This document shows positions 25,742-34,216 of a DNA stretch of 64,000 nucleotides, piece by piece. Under the pieces are notes generated by a model. It was not told the DNA's origin and searched no databases. It saw only the letters and a program-made list of their open reading frames with translations. Within the stretch, counting starts at the first letter, position 1; each line of letters opens with the position of its first letter. Source of the DNA: Anaerolineae bacterium. GTDB taxonomy: Bacteria > Chloroflexota > Anaerolineae > Fen-1058. Both the position numbers and the translations under genes were made by a program. Location of the stretch: NCBI GenBank assembly GCA_035292585.1, contig DATDPU010000033.1, forward strand, positions 9,691 through 73,690, in the 5' to 3' direction.

Positions 25742-27652
25742 TCACTGTATCCAGCCCAACCCCAGCTCCTCCAGCTTCGCCTGCGTCGGCATACCGGTGG
25801 TCTTGTCCCAACCGGCCAGCTCGTAATACGTGTTCAGTGCGAAATCGAGTTCTTCCGGCGTGACGGTTCGGCCGTCGCTGCGACCGCCCTTGAGCGGCCG
25901 GGACAACACCTTCTTGGGCAGCGTATCCTTGTCGCGGCCGACGCCCTCGCGCGCGTTGAAAGCGCGCAGCAGGTTCAAGCGCCGCTCGCCGACGGTCTGA
26001 ATCTCGTCGATCGTCACGTCCCAGCCGGTGACGGCCTTCATCAGCGCCACTTCTTGTTCAGGGCCAAACAACGTCCAGGCCGGCCCCCACACGAACTGGC
26101 ACAGCGTGGCCGTGTCCAGGAACGAATAGTTCAGCTGCGTGCGGTAAGCAAACCTCACCTTCTCCTCGTTCATCACGCGGCCCTTCTGCGGGTTCGTCAG
26201 GCCGAGCACCTTCAAGCGGCGCAGGTACAGGTTGTCGTTGTGGTTCTCCGGATCGGGCGCGTACATCGGATCGTGCTCGGATGATTGATGATCGGCGCCG
26301 AAGGGGTTGACCGCGTAGATCAGCGCCAGGCTCTTCTTGACCTGCGGCATGTGCGCCGGCAGCTCCGCGCCTTTGACCGTGATCAAAAACTCTTCGGCGC
26401 CGCGTCCGATCTTTTGCGCGGCAGCTTCCGACCCCTCCGCCAGCACCGCGCCAAAACCCTCCCGACGGACAATCTGGTTGAGCATGGCGATCATCGCGTC
26501 GGCATTGCCGAACCTCAGCTCGATCCCGCCCGTGTCCTCTGTCGTAATCACGCCGTTCTCGAACAACTCCATCCCGAACGCGATCGTCGCGCCGCAGGCG
26601 ATGGTATCCACCCCCCACTCGGAGCAAATCTGGTGCGCCAGCGAGATCGCCAGGAGATCGTTGACGCCGCAATACGAACCGAACGTGCTGATCGTCTCGT
26701 ACTCCGCGCCGCCGTAGGACGGCAGAATCGTCGTATCCTTGTACTTGGTCTCGACGACGCGCTTGCAGCGCACCGTGCAGGCGAAGCAGGTGTCGTTCTT
26801 CTTCAGGATCGTGTCAGCCATCTTCTCGCCGCTGATGTCGTCGCTGTATTCGAAAAAGCCGCTGTTGTAGTTGAACGCCGGGAAAGTGCCGGTCGAGTTT
26901 TGGAAGCCGACGACGCTGGCCGTGCCGTAATCTTGCAAGCCCTTCACGTCGGCGTTATCGGGAATTTCCTTGGTGCCGCTCCGATTCATCTCGGCGATCG
27001 TCTGCTTGTCGAACACTTCGGGTTTCTTCGTGCCGCGCACCGCGATCGCCTTGAGGTTCTTCGACGCCATCACCAGCCCCAGCCCGGTGCGGCCGAACGC
27101 GCGGTTGCTCATATTCATGATCGCCGCGAAGCGCACGCCATGTTCCGCCGCCGGGCCGACCTGGATGACCTCGGCCTTCGACTCACCCACCTCTGCCTTG
27201 ATCGTCTGCTCCACAGCGCCGGTGGTCAGGTCTTTACCCCACAGGTGACTCGCCGCGCGCAGCTCCGGCTGGCCGTCGTTGATCCACACGTACACCGGCT
27301 TGGGCGACTTGCCGGTGATCACGATGCCATCGAACCCGGCGAACTTCAACTCGGCCGGCCAGAACCCGCCCGATTGCGCATCGCCTGCCAGCCCGGTCAG
27401 CGGGCTTTTAGCCGTGGCCGTCGCCCGGCTCTGCCCGGAGATCGCCACGCCGGTCGGCGCGCTGATGAAAAACGAGAGGGTGTTGTCGGGGCCGAGCGGA
27501 TCGGCTTGGGGCGGCGTGTGCTTCAACAGATAGTACAGCCCCATCGCGCTGCCGCCGTAATAAGTTCGGTAAAACGCTGCATCCGGTTTCTCGATCGTCA
27601 ATGCGCCCTGTGTTAGATCGATGTGCAGAATCTGCCCGGTGTAACCGTACAT
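25742..27652 (-). CDS. tungsten-containing aldehyde:ferredoxin oxidoreductase (AOR family)
   Basis: 636 aa, with an MYGYTGQILHIDLT N-terminus and conserved AOR N- and C-domain motifs (GLGAVMGSKNLKAI-type, Cys ligands for 4Fe-4S). Confidence 0.85.
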   Translation of the reverse strand: MYGYTGQILHIDLTQGALTIEKPDAAFYRTYYGGSAMGLYYLLKHTPPQADPLGPDNTLSFFISAPTGVAISGQSRATATAKSPLTGLAGDAQSGGFWPAELKFAGFDGIVITGKSPKPVYVWINDGQPELRAASHLWGKDLTTGAVEQTIKAEVGESKAEVIQVGPAAEHGVRFAAIMNMSNRAFGRTGLGLVMASKNLKAIAVRGTKKPEVFDKQTIAEMNRSGTKEIPDNADVKGLQDYGTASVVGFQNSTGTFPAFNYNSGFFEYSDDISGEKMADTILKKNDTCFACTVRCKRVVETKYKDTTILPSYGGAEYETISTFGSYCGVNDLLAISLAHQICSEWGVDTIACGATIAFGMELFENGVITTEDTGGIELRFGNADAMIAMLNQIVRREGFGAVLAEGSEAAAQKIGRGAEEFLITVKGAELPAHMPQVKKSLALIYAVNPFGADHQSSEHDPMYAPDPENHNDNLYLRRLKVLGLTNPQKGRVMNEEKVRFAYRTQLNYSFLDTATLCQFVWGPAWTLFGPEQEVALMKAVTGWDVTIDEIQTVGERRLNLLRAFNAREGVGRDKDTLPKKVLSRPLKGGRSDGRTVTPEELDFALNTYYELAGWDKTTGMPTQAKLEELGLGWIQ

Positions 27653-27717
27653 ACTTCCTCCCTACGACAAAGTTGAGCGCTTGCAGTGCGGCGAGTGCTT
27701 CGACAATCTAAAGTTGC

Positions 27718-27790
27718 CTAGTTCCCGCCGCAGTTGCACTGCCGTCCGAACCCCGCATAATTAAGTGGTCGGGGTACTAATAATCAGTCC
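27718..27790. repeat. truncated inverted copy of the GC-rich hairpin element family E
   Basis: Contains CGCAGTTGCACTGCCGTCC and the reverse complement of the ACTAGTACCCCGACC end. Confidence 0.6.
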
Positions 27791-27878
27791 ATGTGAAATT
27801 GATGGGCCGTAGCATAGCCCCTGGTGGGCGTTGGACGGGCACAAGGCCCTAGGCTACCCATCAAAATCAAGTGGACTG
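27785..27878 (-). promoter_or_regulatory. structured leader candidate upstream of the AOR gene (nested inverted repeats)
   Basis: CAGTCCATGTGAAATTGATGGGC pairs with ACCCATCAAAATCAAGTGGACTG around a GC-rich core with a second imperfect inverted pair. It lies in the 5' region of the minus-strand AOR gene. Confidence 0.3.
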
Positions 27879-27920
27879 ACCACTAGTATAGATCGAAGCG
27901 TGAAGCAGGTAAAGACAGTC

Positions 27921-27986
27921 GAGTTAGAGTAAGCAGTTAGAGTGAGAGTCTCTAACTCCAAACTCTAACTCTAAACTCCAACTCAC
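27921..27986. repeat. hairpin-forming heptamer array (AGTTAGAG units facing CTCTAACT units)
   Basis: Seen in the sequence, between the ABC-2 permease stop and the AOR upstream region. Confidence 0.7.
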
Positions 27987-28805
27987 ACTTCCTCAGCGAA
28001 CCGTCTCGCATACCGATCGAACACCGCGTACCCGATCACCAGCATCGCCAGCGCCGTGATCGCCGTGCGCAGGAAGAAGTCCGCGCCGATGGTGTGCCCC
28101 CAGTACAACACATCGCGATACGAGGAAATGATCGAGGCCATCGGGTTGACGATGTACACCAGCCGGCGCAGGTCGAACGCAGCGCCGAGCAGGGTCGCCG
28201 TTTGCGGCACAGTCTCGATCGGGTACACGATCGGCGTGAGGAAGAACCACGCCAGCATCACGACTTCCATGATGATCTGGGTATCGCGATAGAACACGTT
28301 GACGGTAGACAAGATCAGCCCGATGCCGACGGTGAAGATCACCTGCACCAGCAAAACCACCGGCAGCCAGATGATCAGCCACACTTGCCCGGTGAGCGGC
28401 ACACCCGATAGCCAGGCCAGCGCGAAGAAGACCGGCAGCGCGATCATGAAGTTGATCATGTTCGCGATCACCACGGCGACCGGCAGGGCCGCGCGCGGGA
28501 AGTACACTTTCTTGATCAGATGCGCGTTGTTGACGATGCTGCCCGTCGCGCCGATGACCGAGGCCGAGAAGAAGTTCCAGGCCAGGATGCCGATCAACAC
28601 CGAGACGTGATAGGCGGGCTGGCGGTTCTGCGCCGCCATCACCGTGAACACGATCGTCAACACCAACATCATCAGCAGCGGGTTAAGCCAGGACCAGGCG
28701 ATGCCCAAAGCCGAATTCTTATAGCGCACCTTCAGGTCGCGCTCGACCAGGTTGCGAATCAGCTCGCGGTAACTCCACAGCTCGCGCAGCCTAGCCCACA
28801 TCATG
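27983..28805 (-). CDS. ABC-2 type polysaccharide/teichoic-acid exporter permease (Wzm/TagG/KpsM-like)
   Basis: Start MMWARLRELWSYRELIRNLVERDLKVRYKNSALG is the canonical ABC-2 N-terminus, followed by 6 TM helices. The track ORF upstream of 28805 is translation of the 15-bp repeat. No ATPase gene is adjacent. Confidence 0.8.
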
Positions 28806-30218
28806 CCCCCTCGTAGGAGGCATCTCCAGATGCCGACCCTCCGGATGCCGACCCTCCGGATGCCGACCCTCCAGATGCCGATCCTCCAGATGCCGACCCT
28901 CCGGATGCCAACCCTCCAGATGCCGACCCTCCGGATGCCGACTCTCCAGATGCCGACTCTCCAGGTGCCGACTCTCCAGATGCCGACCGAACCCAAGTTC
29001 CTGCAGCGCCTGCGTGCGCTCGCCGGCGCGGCGCAGGCGCACGGCGTCATACACGGCCACGATGCGGCGAGCGGCATCCTCCCACGCGAACATCGCCTGG
29101 GCGCGCGCCCGCAAGCCGGCCGCGGCGCACGCGCGCGCCGACGGAGTGTTCAAGGCGTACAGCAGTTGCTCCGCCAGCGCAGCCGCATCACCCGGTCGCG
29201 CGTAAAAACCGTAATCGTGCAGATATTCGCGATTGATAGGCGTATTGAACGCGATCGTGGGCAGTCCGGTTGCCATATAGTTCAAGACCTTGCCGTTCGC
29301 CTCGGTGGCCGACAGCTTGGGCGCCACGGCCACGTCGCCCAGCCGCAGGTAGCGCGGCGCGTCTTCGTACAACACGCGACCGACGAACGTAGTGTGCGCG
29401 CTCAGACCGCGCGCTTCCGCCAGCGCTCGATACAGCGGCATGCCGGGGTAACCCATGATTAGAAAGTGCGTGTTGGGGCGCTGCCGGATCACTTGCTCGG
29501 CCGCTTCGATCAACAGGTCCGTCCCCTGGTACGGCGCGAGCAGGCCCAGGTACACCACCAGCTCGCGGTCAGCCGGCACGCCCAGATACGAGCGGATCGC
29601 GCTCAATTCGATACGGTCGGCTTCGGTGCGCGGGCGGAAGAAAGCCGTGTCCACGCAATCGGGCAACGGGATCACCCGTTCCGGATCGACGCCGAACGTG
29701 TCGCGCAGCAGAGCAACCGCTGTGCGCGAGCTGGTCAGGATCGCGCGCGGCCGATGATCGATGCGGCGCTCCAGCCGGCGCACGATCGCGTGAGCCGGGC
29801 CGGCCGGGTTCAGGAAGTGATGATCGATCATTTCGCCGGTCAGGCTGCCTTGAAAATCGAACACGAGCGGCGCGCGACTGATCCAGCTAAGCGCCGAACC
29901 GATGAGCGCGCCTTCGTGCAGGTGCGCGTGAATGATGTGCGGCTTGAAACGCAGCGCCGTCTTGAGCGCGGTCCAGGACAACAATACATCGAAGGCGATC
30001 TTATGCCGCGAGGAGCCGACTTCGTAGTCGGCGTGCCACGGCGTCGGCGCGGTGCGGATGATTTCCAGATCGGGCAGGCTCCGGCCTTTGTAATAGGTCA
30101 CGATCTGCACGCGCTGGCCGTGCGCTTGCAAGGTGCGCGCTTCTTCAAGAATTCGAACGTGGCACCCGTAGTCGGAAAAGAACGACGTGGGCGCGATCAT
30201 GAGGATCCGGTAGGGCAT
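28791..30218 (-). CDS. glycosyltransferase family 4 (GT-B, group 1)
   Basis: Start MPYRILMIAPTSFF (ATG 30218). GT4 pattern with a C-terminal EX7E-like region. The last about 60 codons of the ORF are the 15-bp tandem repeat, so the true C-terminus is uncertain. Confidence 0.75.
   Translation of the reverse strand: MPYRILMIAPTSFFSDYGCHVRILEEARTLQAHGQRVQIVTYYKGRSLPDLEIIRTAPTPWHADYEVGSSRHKIAFDVLLSWTALKTALRFKPHIIHAHLHEGALIGSALSWISRAPLVFDFQGSLTGEMIDHHFLNPAGPAHAIVRRLERRIDHRPRAILTSSRTAVALLRDTFGVDPERVIPLPDCVDTAFFRPRTEADRIELSAIRSYLGVPADRELVVYLGLLAPYQGTDLLIEAAEQVIRQRPNTHFLIMGYPGMPLYRALAEARGLSAHTTFVGRVLYEDAPRYLRLGDVAVAPKLSATEANGKVLNYMATGLPTIAFNTPINREYLHDYGFYARPGDAAALAEQLLYALNTPSARACAAAGLRARAQAMFAWEDAARRIVAVYDAVRLRRAGERTQALQELGFGRHLESRHLESRHLESRHPEGRHLEGWHPEGRHLEDRHLEGRHPEGRHPEGRHLEMPPTRGHDVG
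28817..28990. repeat. 15-bp tandem repeat (ATGCCGACCCTCCAG-type, about 11 copies)
   Basis: Seen in the sequence. It is translatable in frame on both strands: RHLES/RHPEG repeats at the C-terminus of the GT4 ORF, and VGIWR repeats upstream of the permease. Confidence 0.85.
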
Positions 30219-30235
30219 GGTGGTCACGGAGAGAA

Positions 30236-30350
30236 TGGGTAGATTGGTAGTTGGTAGGTTGGTAGTAGGTAGACAGGTATCCAAGTAACCAATTACCCAT
30301 CTACCAATTCCCCTGCTACCTGCTTACCTGCTACCTGCTACCTGTTTACG
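30236..30350. repeat. hairpin-forming heptamer arrays (GGTAGNT units facing CTACCTG units)
   Basis: Seen in the sequence between the GT4 start and the GIY-YIG stop. The last GIY-YIG codons (KQVAGSR) are encoded by the array. Confidence 0.75.
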
Positions 30351-30617
30351 TTTTACGTTCTTCTTCTTTCGCGTTACGGGCGGCTGCGCCAGCGCCAGCT
30401 TCTTCACGCGCGGCAGCCGCTTGATCGCCAACTCGCGTTTCAGGGCCGCGCCGCGCGATTCGCACTCCTCGACGTAAACCAGCTTCACCGGGCTGTGCAG
30501 GCGGGTGTACCGTGCGCCGCGCCCGGCGTTGTGGGCGGCAACCCGTTTGGAAACATCGACCGCCCAGCCGGTGTACAACGATCCATCGACGCACTCGACG
30601 ATGTAAACGAAAGGCAT
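30324..30617 (-). CDS. GIY-YIG nuclease-domain protein (UPF0213-like)
   Basis: FVYIVECVDGSLYTGWAVDVSKRVAAHN GIY-YIG motif, with a basic C-terminal tail. Confidence 0.8.
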   Translation of the reverse strand: MPFVYIVECVDGSLYTGWAVDVSKRVAAHNAGRGARYTRLHSPVKLVYVEECESRGAALKRELAIKRLPRVKKLALAQPPVTRKKKNVKRKQVAGSR

Positions 30618-30655
30618 GGTAGTGAGATGGTTGGTTAGTTGGATAGTTGGTTAGG
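30618..30655. repeat. heptamer-like array GGTTAGTTGGATAGTTGGTTAGG
   Basis: Shares TTGGATAGTTGG with the array at 44603-44633. Confidence 0.6.
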
Positions 30656-31169
30656 TGCGATCGTCAACTTCTTGCAATAGTCTCAACAGCCGGTCTTCTT
30701 CTCTCTCTAATCCCCAATCGCTAATCTCCAACTTCTCCTGATGTCTCCCGATCAACCGGATCGTCAGCTCATCACACCCGGCTACCCGCGCCCACTTGGC
30801 CCCGAGGCGGGGATGGTCGCGCAGTACCGCCAACGGTTTCCGCCAGCCGGTGGCCGGGCATTGAGCGAGTTGAGCCGGCGCCCAATGTTTCAACACCACG
30901 AAGATCGCGCGGGTCAGCGGGTTGGTGCGCGCCGCAGACTTGCCCACATCATGCAGCAATGCCGCCGCCAGCAGCGCCGGATGGGTCCGGCCCGTGCGTT
31001 TCAATTCACGCAACACCCGCAGCGCGTGCGCCTGCCCATCGCGCGGCATTTGCCGGAACAGCGCCTGCGCGCGGGGCGGTAAGTGCCGGTCGGCTTCAGC
31101 CAGATCGGTCTCGGTGACGCGCGCCGTCAGCGCGGCGCAGAATTGCCGAGCGCGATACAGCGGTTTCAA
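30651..31169 (-). CDS. HD-domain phosphohydrolase-like protein
   Basis: H...LLHDVGK metal-binding motif, in a 172-aa protein. Confidence 0.6.
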   Translation of the reverse strand: MKPLYRARQFCAALTARVTETDLAEADRHLPPRAQALFRQMPRDGQAHALRVLRELKRTGRTHPALLAAALLHDVGKSAARTNPLTRAIFVVLKHWAPAQLAQCPATGWRKPLAVLRDHPRLGAKWARVAGCDELTIRLIGRHQEKLEISDWGLEREEDRLLRLLQEVDDRT

Positions 31170-31804
31170 AAGCCGAGCAGCAGCTGGCGCAGGGCTGTCA
31201 CCGGCGGGTTGATCAGCACGCTCAACACGCTCTGGCCGCCGGCGATGGGCAAGATCAGCAGGATGAGAATGAACAAGCTGTACTGCTGAACTTGCTCATA
31301 CCGGCGCGACCAGGCATACGGCATCAGCCCCCACAGCACCTTCGAGCCGTCGAGCGGGGCCAGCGGGATCAGGTTGAAGACGGCCAGGAACAGGTTGATC
31401 ACAACGATGAAGAATAAGATTTGCGCCAGCTGCAAGTTGCCGATCAAGAACGAGTTTTCGCCGGCGCGGAAGATCAGCGCCGCGACGATGGCGATCAACA
31501 CGTTCATCATCGGCCCGGCCAGCGACACCAGAACGATCCCGGCGTTGATGCTGGGCGCTTTGCGCAAGTTACTGGGCGAGAAAGGGACGGGCCTGGCCCA
31601 ACCGAAGCTGCCCACGGCCAGGATCAGCGCGCCAATCGGATCGATGTGGGCGCGCGGATCGAGCGTCAACCGGCCCTGCAAGGCCGGCGTCTGATCGCCC
31701 AACCGCACGGCCGCCCAGGCATGCGCGAACTCGTGCAGCGGAAAGGCCAGCAGCACGATGATACAGTAAGCGATCAGGCTTTCAAGCGAGAATGGAATGA
31801 GCAT
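31166..31804 (-). CDS. M50 (site-2 protease-like) zinc metallopeptidase, short form
   Basis: HEFAHAWAAVRLGD HExxH motif in the first TM region, with a second conserved LAPLDGS motif. 4-5 TM helices. Confidence 0.75.
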   Translation of the reverse strand: MLIPFSLESLIAYCIIVLLAFPLHEFAHAWAAVRLGDQTPALQGRLTLDPRAHIDPIGALILAVGSFGWARPVPFSPSNLRKAPSINAGIVLVSLAGPMMNVLIAIVAALIFRAGENSFLIGNLQLAQILFFIVVINLFLAVFNLIPLAPLDGSKVLWGLMPYAWSRRYEQVQQYSLFILILLILPIAGGQSVLSVLINPPVTALRQLLLGF

Positions 31805-31938
31805 AGCGGCCCCGTTTGAGAAGCGCCGGGCGCCCCCGATCAGGCGCGCGAAATGAGCATGTACCCCAGTGATGTTCGGCGAAGGTCTCCCGAACTGGCA
31901 TCAGCCAAGTGGTGCGGGAGATGATTATAGCATACGGG

Positions 31939-34173
31939 CTACTCCACGACCTGTGCCGGGTCGAGCGCCGGCAGGCGCACGCAGAAGGTACTGCCCTGGC
32001 CTTCCTCGCTATGCACCTCGACTGTCCCGCGATGTTGCTCGACGACGGCTTTGACCAGGCTGAGGCCCAGACCGGTGCCCTCGATGTCTTCCGTGCCGGG
32101 CATCTTCACCCGATAGAAGCGCTGGAATAACTTGGCTTGCGCCGCCTTAGGGATGCCCAAGCCGTTGTCGGACACTTCAAAGATGATCACACCCGCATCA
32201 TGGCGTACCCGGGCCTGAATCTGGCCCTCGGTCGGCGTGTACTTGATGGCGTTGCCCATCAGATTGATGAGGACCTGGTAGATTTGCACGGGGTCGGCGC
32301 TGATATAGGCTGGCAGCTCTTCCAGTTCTACGCTTAGCTGCTGGCGCTTCTCGGCCGCTGGTGGAAGCAGCTCGGCGGCCGCGCGTTGGGCCATCTCGTT
32401 CAGATCGATCGGCTGGCGGATTTGTTCTGCTTCCGATTCGATCCGCTCGATATCCAGCAAGTCTTGAATGAGCGTCCGCATGCGTCGCAAGCCTTGCCCG
32501 AGACCTTCGATGTACCGGCGCGCATCCTGGCGATCGGGCAGGGTATCTTCCAACAAGTCCAGGTAGCCGAAGGCCAGATTGAGCGGGCTGCGCAGATCGT
32601 GCGAGGCCATGCGGATCATCTGCGATTTCAGCTGATCCAGCCGCTTGAGGTCTGAAATATCGTGCAGCGTGAGCACGCGCCCCAGCAGACCCAGATGTTC
32701 CGCGCGCACCAGCGTAAGGTTGCCCAGCAGCGTCGTGGTATCGCTGAGCGCCAATTCAAACACGTGCGCCTCCGGCGAGCTGCGATAAGCCTCGATCAGG
32801 CCGGGCAGCCGCAGCATATCATCCACGCGCTGACCGATGGCCTGCTCGGCCGTCACACCGAAGAGCTGCTCGGCGGCCCGATTGAATAACTGCACCCGAT
32901 CGTCGGCATCGGTCACGATCACGGTATCGCCCGTGCTGGCCAGCACCGCGCTCAGGCGCTGCCGCTCGCGCTGCGCGTCTTCGTACAGCCGCGCGTTCTC
33001 GACGGCCACGGCGACCTGATCCGCCAGCATTTGCAGCGCCGAGATGTCCTCCTCGCCAAAGGCATCGACATAGCGACTGGCGAAGCCGATGATGCCGATG
33101 ACCGACTCGCTGGAGCGCAGCGGCAGGATCAGCTCAGACCGTGCGTCGGGACCGGTCACCGATACGAAATCAGGAACCTGTCGCACATCGCTCGTCAGCA
33201 CCATCTGCCCCGAAGTATAGACGCGCGCGGCTAACCCGTCCGTCACTTTCTGACGATGATTTGCCATGTCGGGCCGCGCCAACGGCCCGGCTTGCGCGCG
33301 CATGACGAACTCACCTGCCGCCTCATCCACCGTCAAGATGCCGACATGGTCGACCCCAAAGCGGACTTGAGTGCTTTCGGCGATCGCGGTCAGGATGCGC
33401 TCGATATCCCAGCCGGCAGCGATGCGGCGCCCCACCTGGCCGATGGCCTCCATATCGCGCGCCCGGCGTCGAATTTCGGCGCTGCTGCGAATGTGCCCGA
33501 TGGTGAGCGCGATCTGATCCGTGACGGCCAGCACCGCTTCGGCGTCGGCCTGGCTGAAGCGCTGCATCGGGCGTGAATTGACGAAGAACGCCGCGCCAAA
33601 CGCGCGATTATTCAAGGCCAACGGTACGGCCAGCACGGCCGGCGTGGTCTCGATCGGATCGAGAATCTTCACGGCATTGTGTTCGATCACCCATTTTGCC
33701 AGCGGCGTGCCAGCCGGCGAATCGGGCCGTGAAGCGATCGGCTCGGTGTACGGGCTGCGTGGATGCAGCGGGGCCGGCGCGTTGCGCTGATCGCTCCAGG
33801 CCGCGTAGCTGCACTCGCGCGCGTCGATCAGTTCCGCCCAGCGCGGCGCGAGCGCATTGAGCAACGTGTCCAGGCCGGTGGCCCGGCTCACCACACCGCG
33901 GATATCGGCGATCATGTGCAGCCGGCGGACGTCGCGCTCGCGCCGGTCGCGTTCGCGGCCGGTCAAGCCTAAGAGCGCCCCCAGGATGACTGGCAGGGTA
34001 TCGGTCAACAGATGCGCGAAACTGCCGGCTGGGCCGAAGTGAATGGCGAGGATACTCTGAAGCGTGAGGGGTAAATCGCGCTGGGCGAGCGTGGTCAGCG
34101 TCAGCACGCCAGGGAACAGCAGCCCCAGCAGGACGCCATAAACCGTATAACGCGCGGCCCAGGTTCTGAACAC
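31939..34173 (-). CDS. multi-sensor histidine kinase (TM region, GAF domains, PAS-like domain, HisKA, HATPase_c)
   Basis: ASHDLRSPLN H-box; N, G1 and G2 boxes at the C-terminus (GLGLSLVKAVVEQHRG); tandem GAF-like regions upstream. Confidence 0.85.
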   Translation of the reverse strand: MFRTWAARYTVYGVLLGLLFPGVLTLTTLAQRDLPLTLQSILAIHFGPAGSFAHLLTDTLPVILGALLGLTGRERDRRERDVRRLHMIADIRGVVSRATGLDTLLNALAPRWAELIDARECSYAAWSDQRNAPAPLHPRSPYTEPIASRPDSPAGTPLAKWVIEHNAVKILDPIETTPAVLAVPLALNNRAFGAAFFVNSRPMQRFSQADAEAVLAVTDQIALTIGHIRSSAEIRRRARDMEAIGQVGRRIAAGWDIERILTAIAESTQVRFGVDHVGILTVDEAAGEFVMRAQAGPLARPDMANHRQKVTDGLAARVYTSGQMVLTSDVRQVPDFVSVTGPDARSELILPLRSSESVIGIIGFASRYVDAFGEEDISALQMLADQVAVAVENARLYEDAQRERQRLSAVLASTGDTVIVTDADDRVQLFNRAAEQLFGVTAEQAIGQRVDDMLRLPGLIEAYRSSPEAHVFELALSDTTTLLGNLTLVRAEHLGLLGRVLTLHDISDLKRLDQLKSQMIRMASHDLRSPLNLAFGYLDLLEDTLPDRQDARRYIEGLGQGLRRMRTLIQDLLDIERIESEAEQIRQPIDLNEMAQRAAAELLPPAAEKRQQLSVELEELPAYISADPVQIYQVLINLMGNAIKYTPTEGQIQARVRHDAGVIIFEVSDNGLGIPKAAQAKLFQRFYRVKMPGTEDIEGTGLGLSLVKAVVEQHRGTVEVHSEEGQGSTFCVRLPALDPAQVVE

Positions 34174-34216
34174 GATTCAGTCCGGTAGGGAAGGCTCGAA
34201 ACAGCGGAATGAACTC

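Noticed and set aside
28817-28990. Possible CRISPR array (regular short repeats)
   Set aside because: The units are contiguous 15-bp (and elsewhere 7-bp or 18-bp) tandem repeats without unique spacers, and no cas genes are present, so these are not CRISPR.
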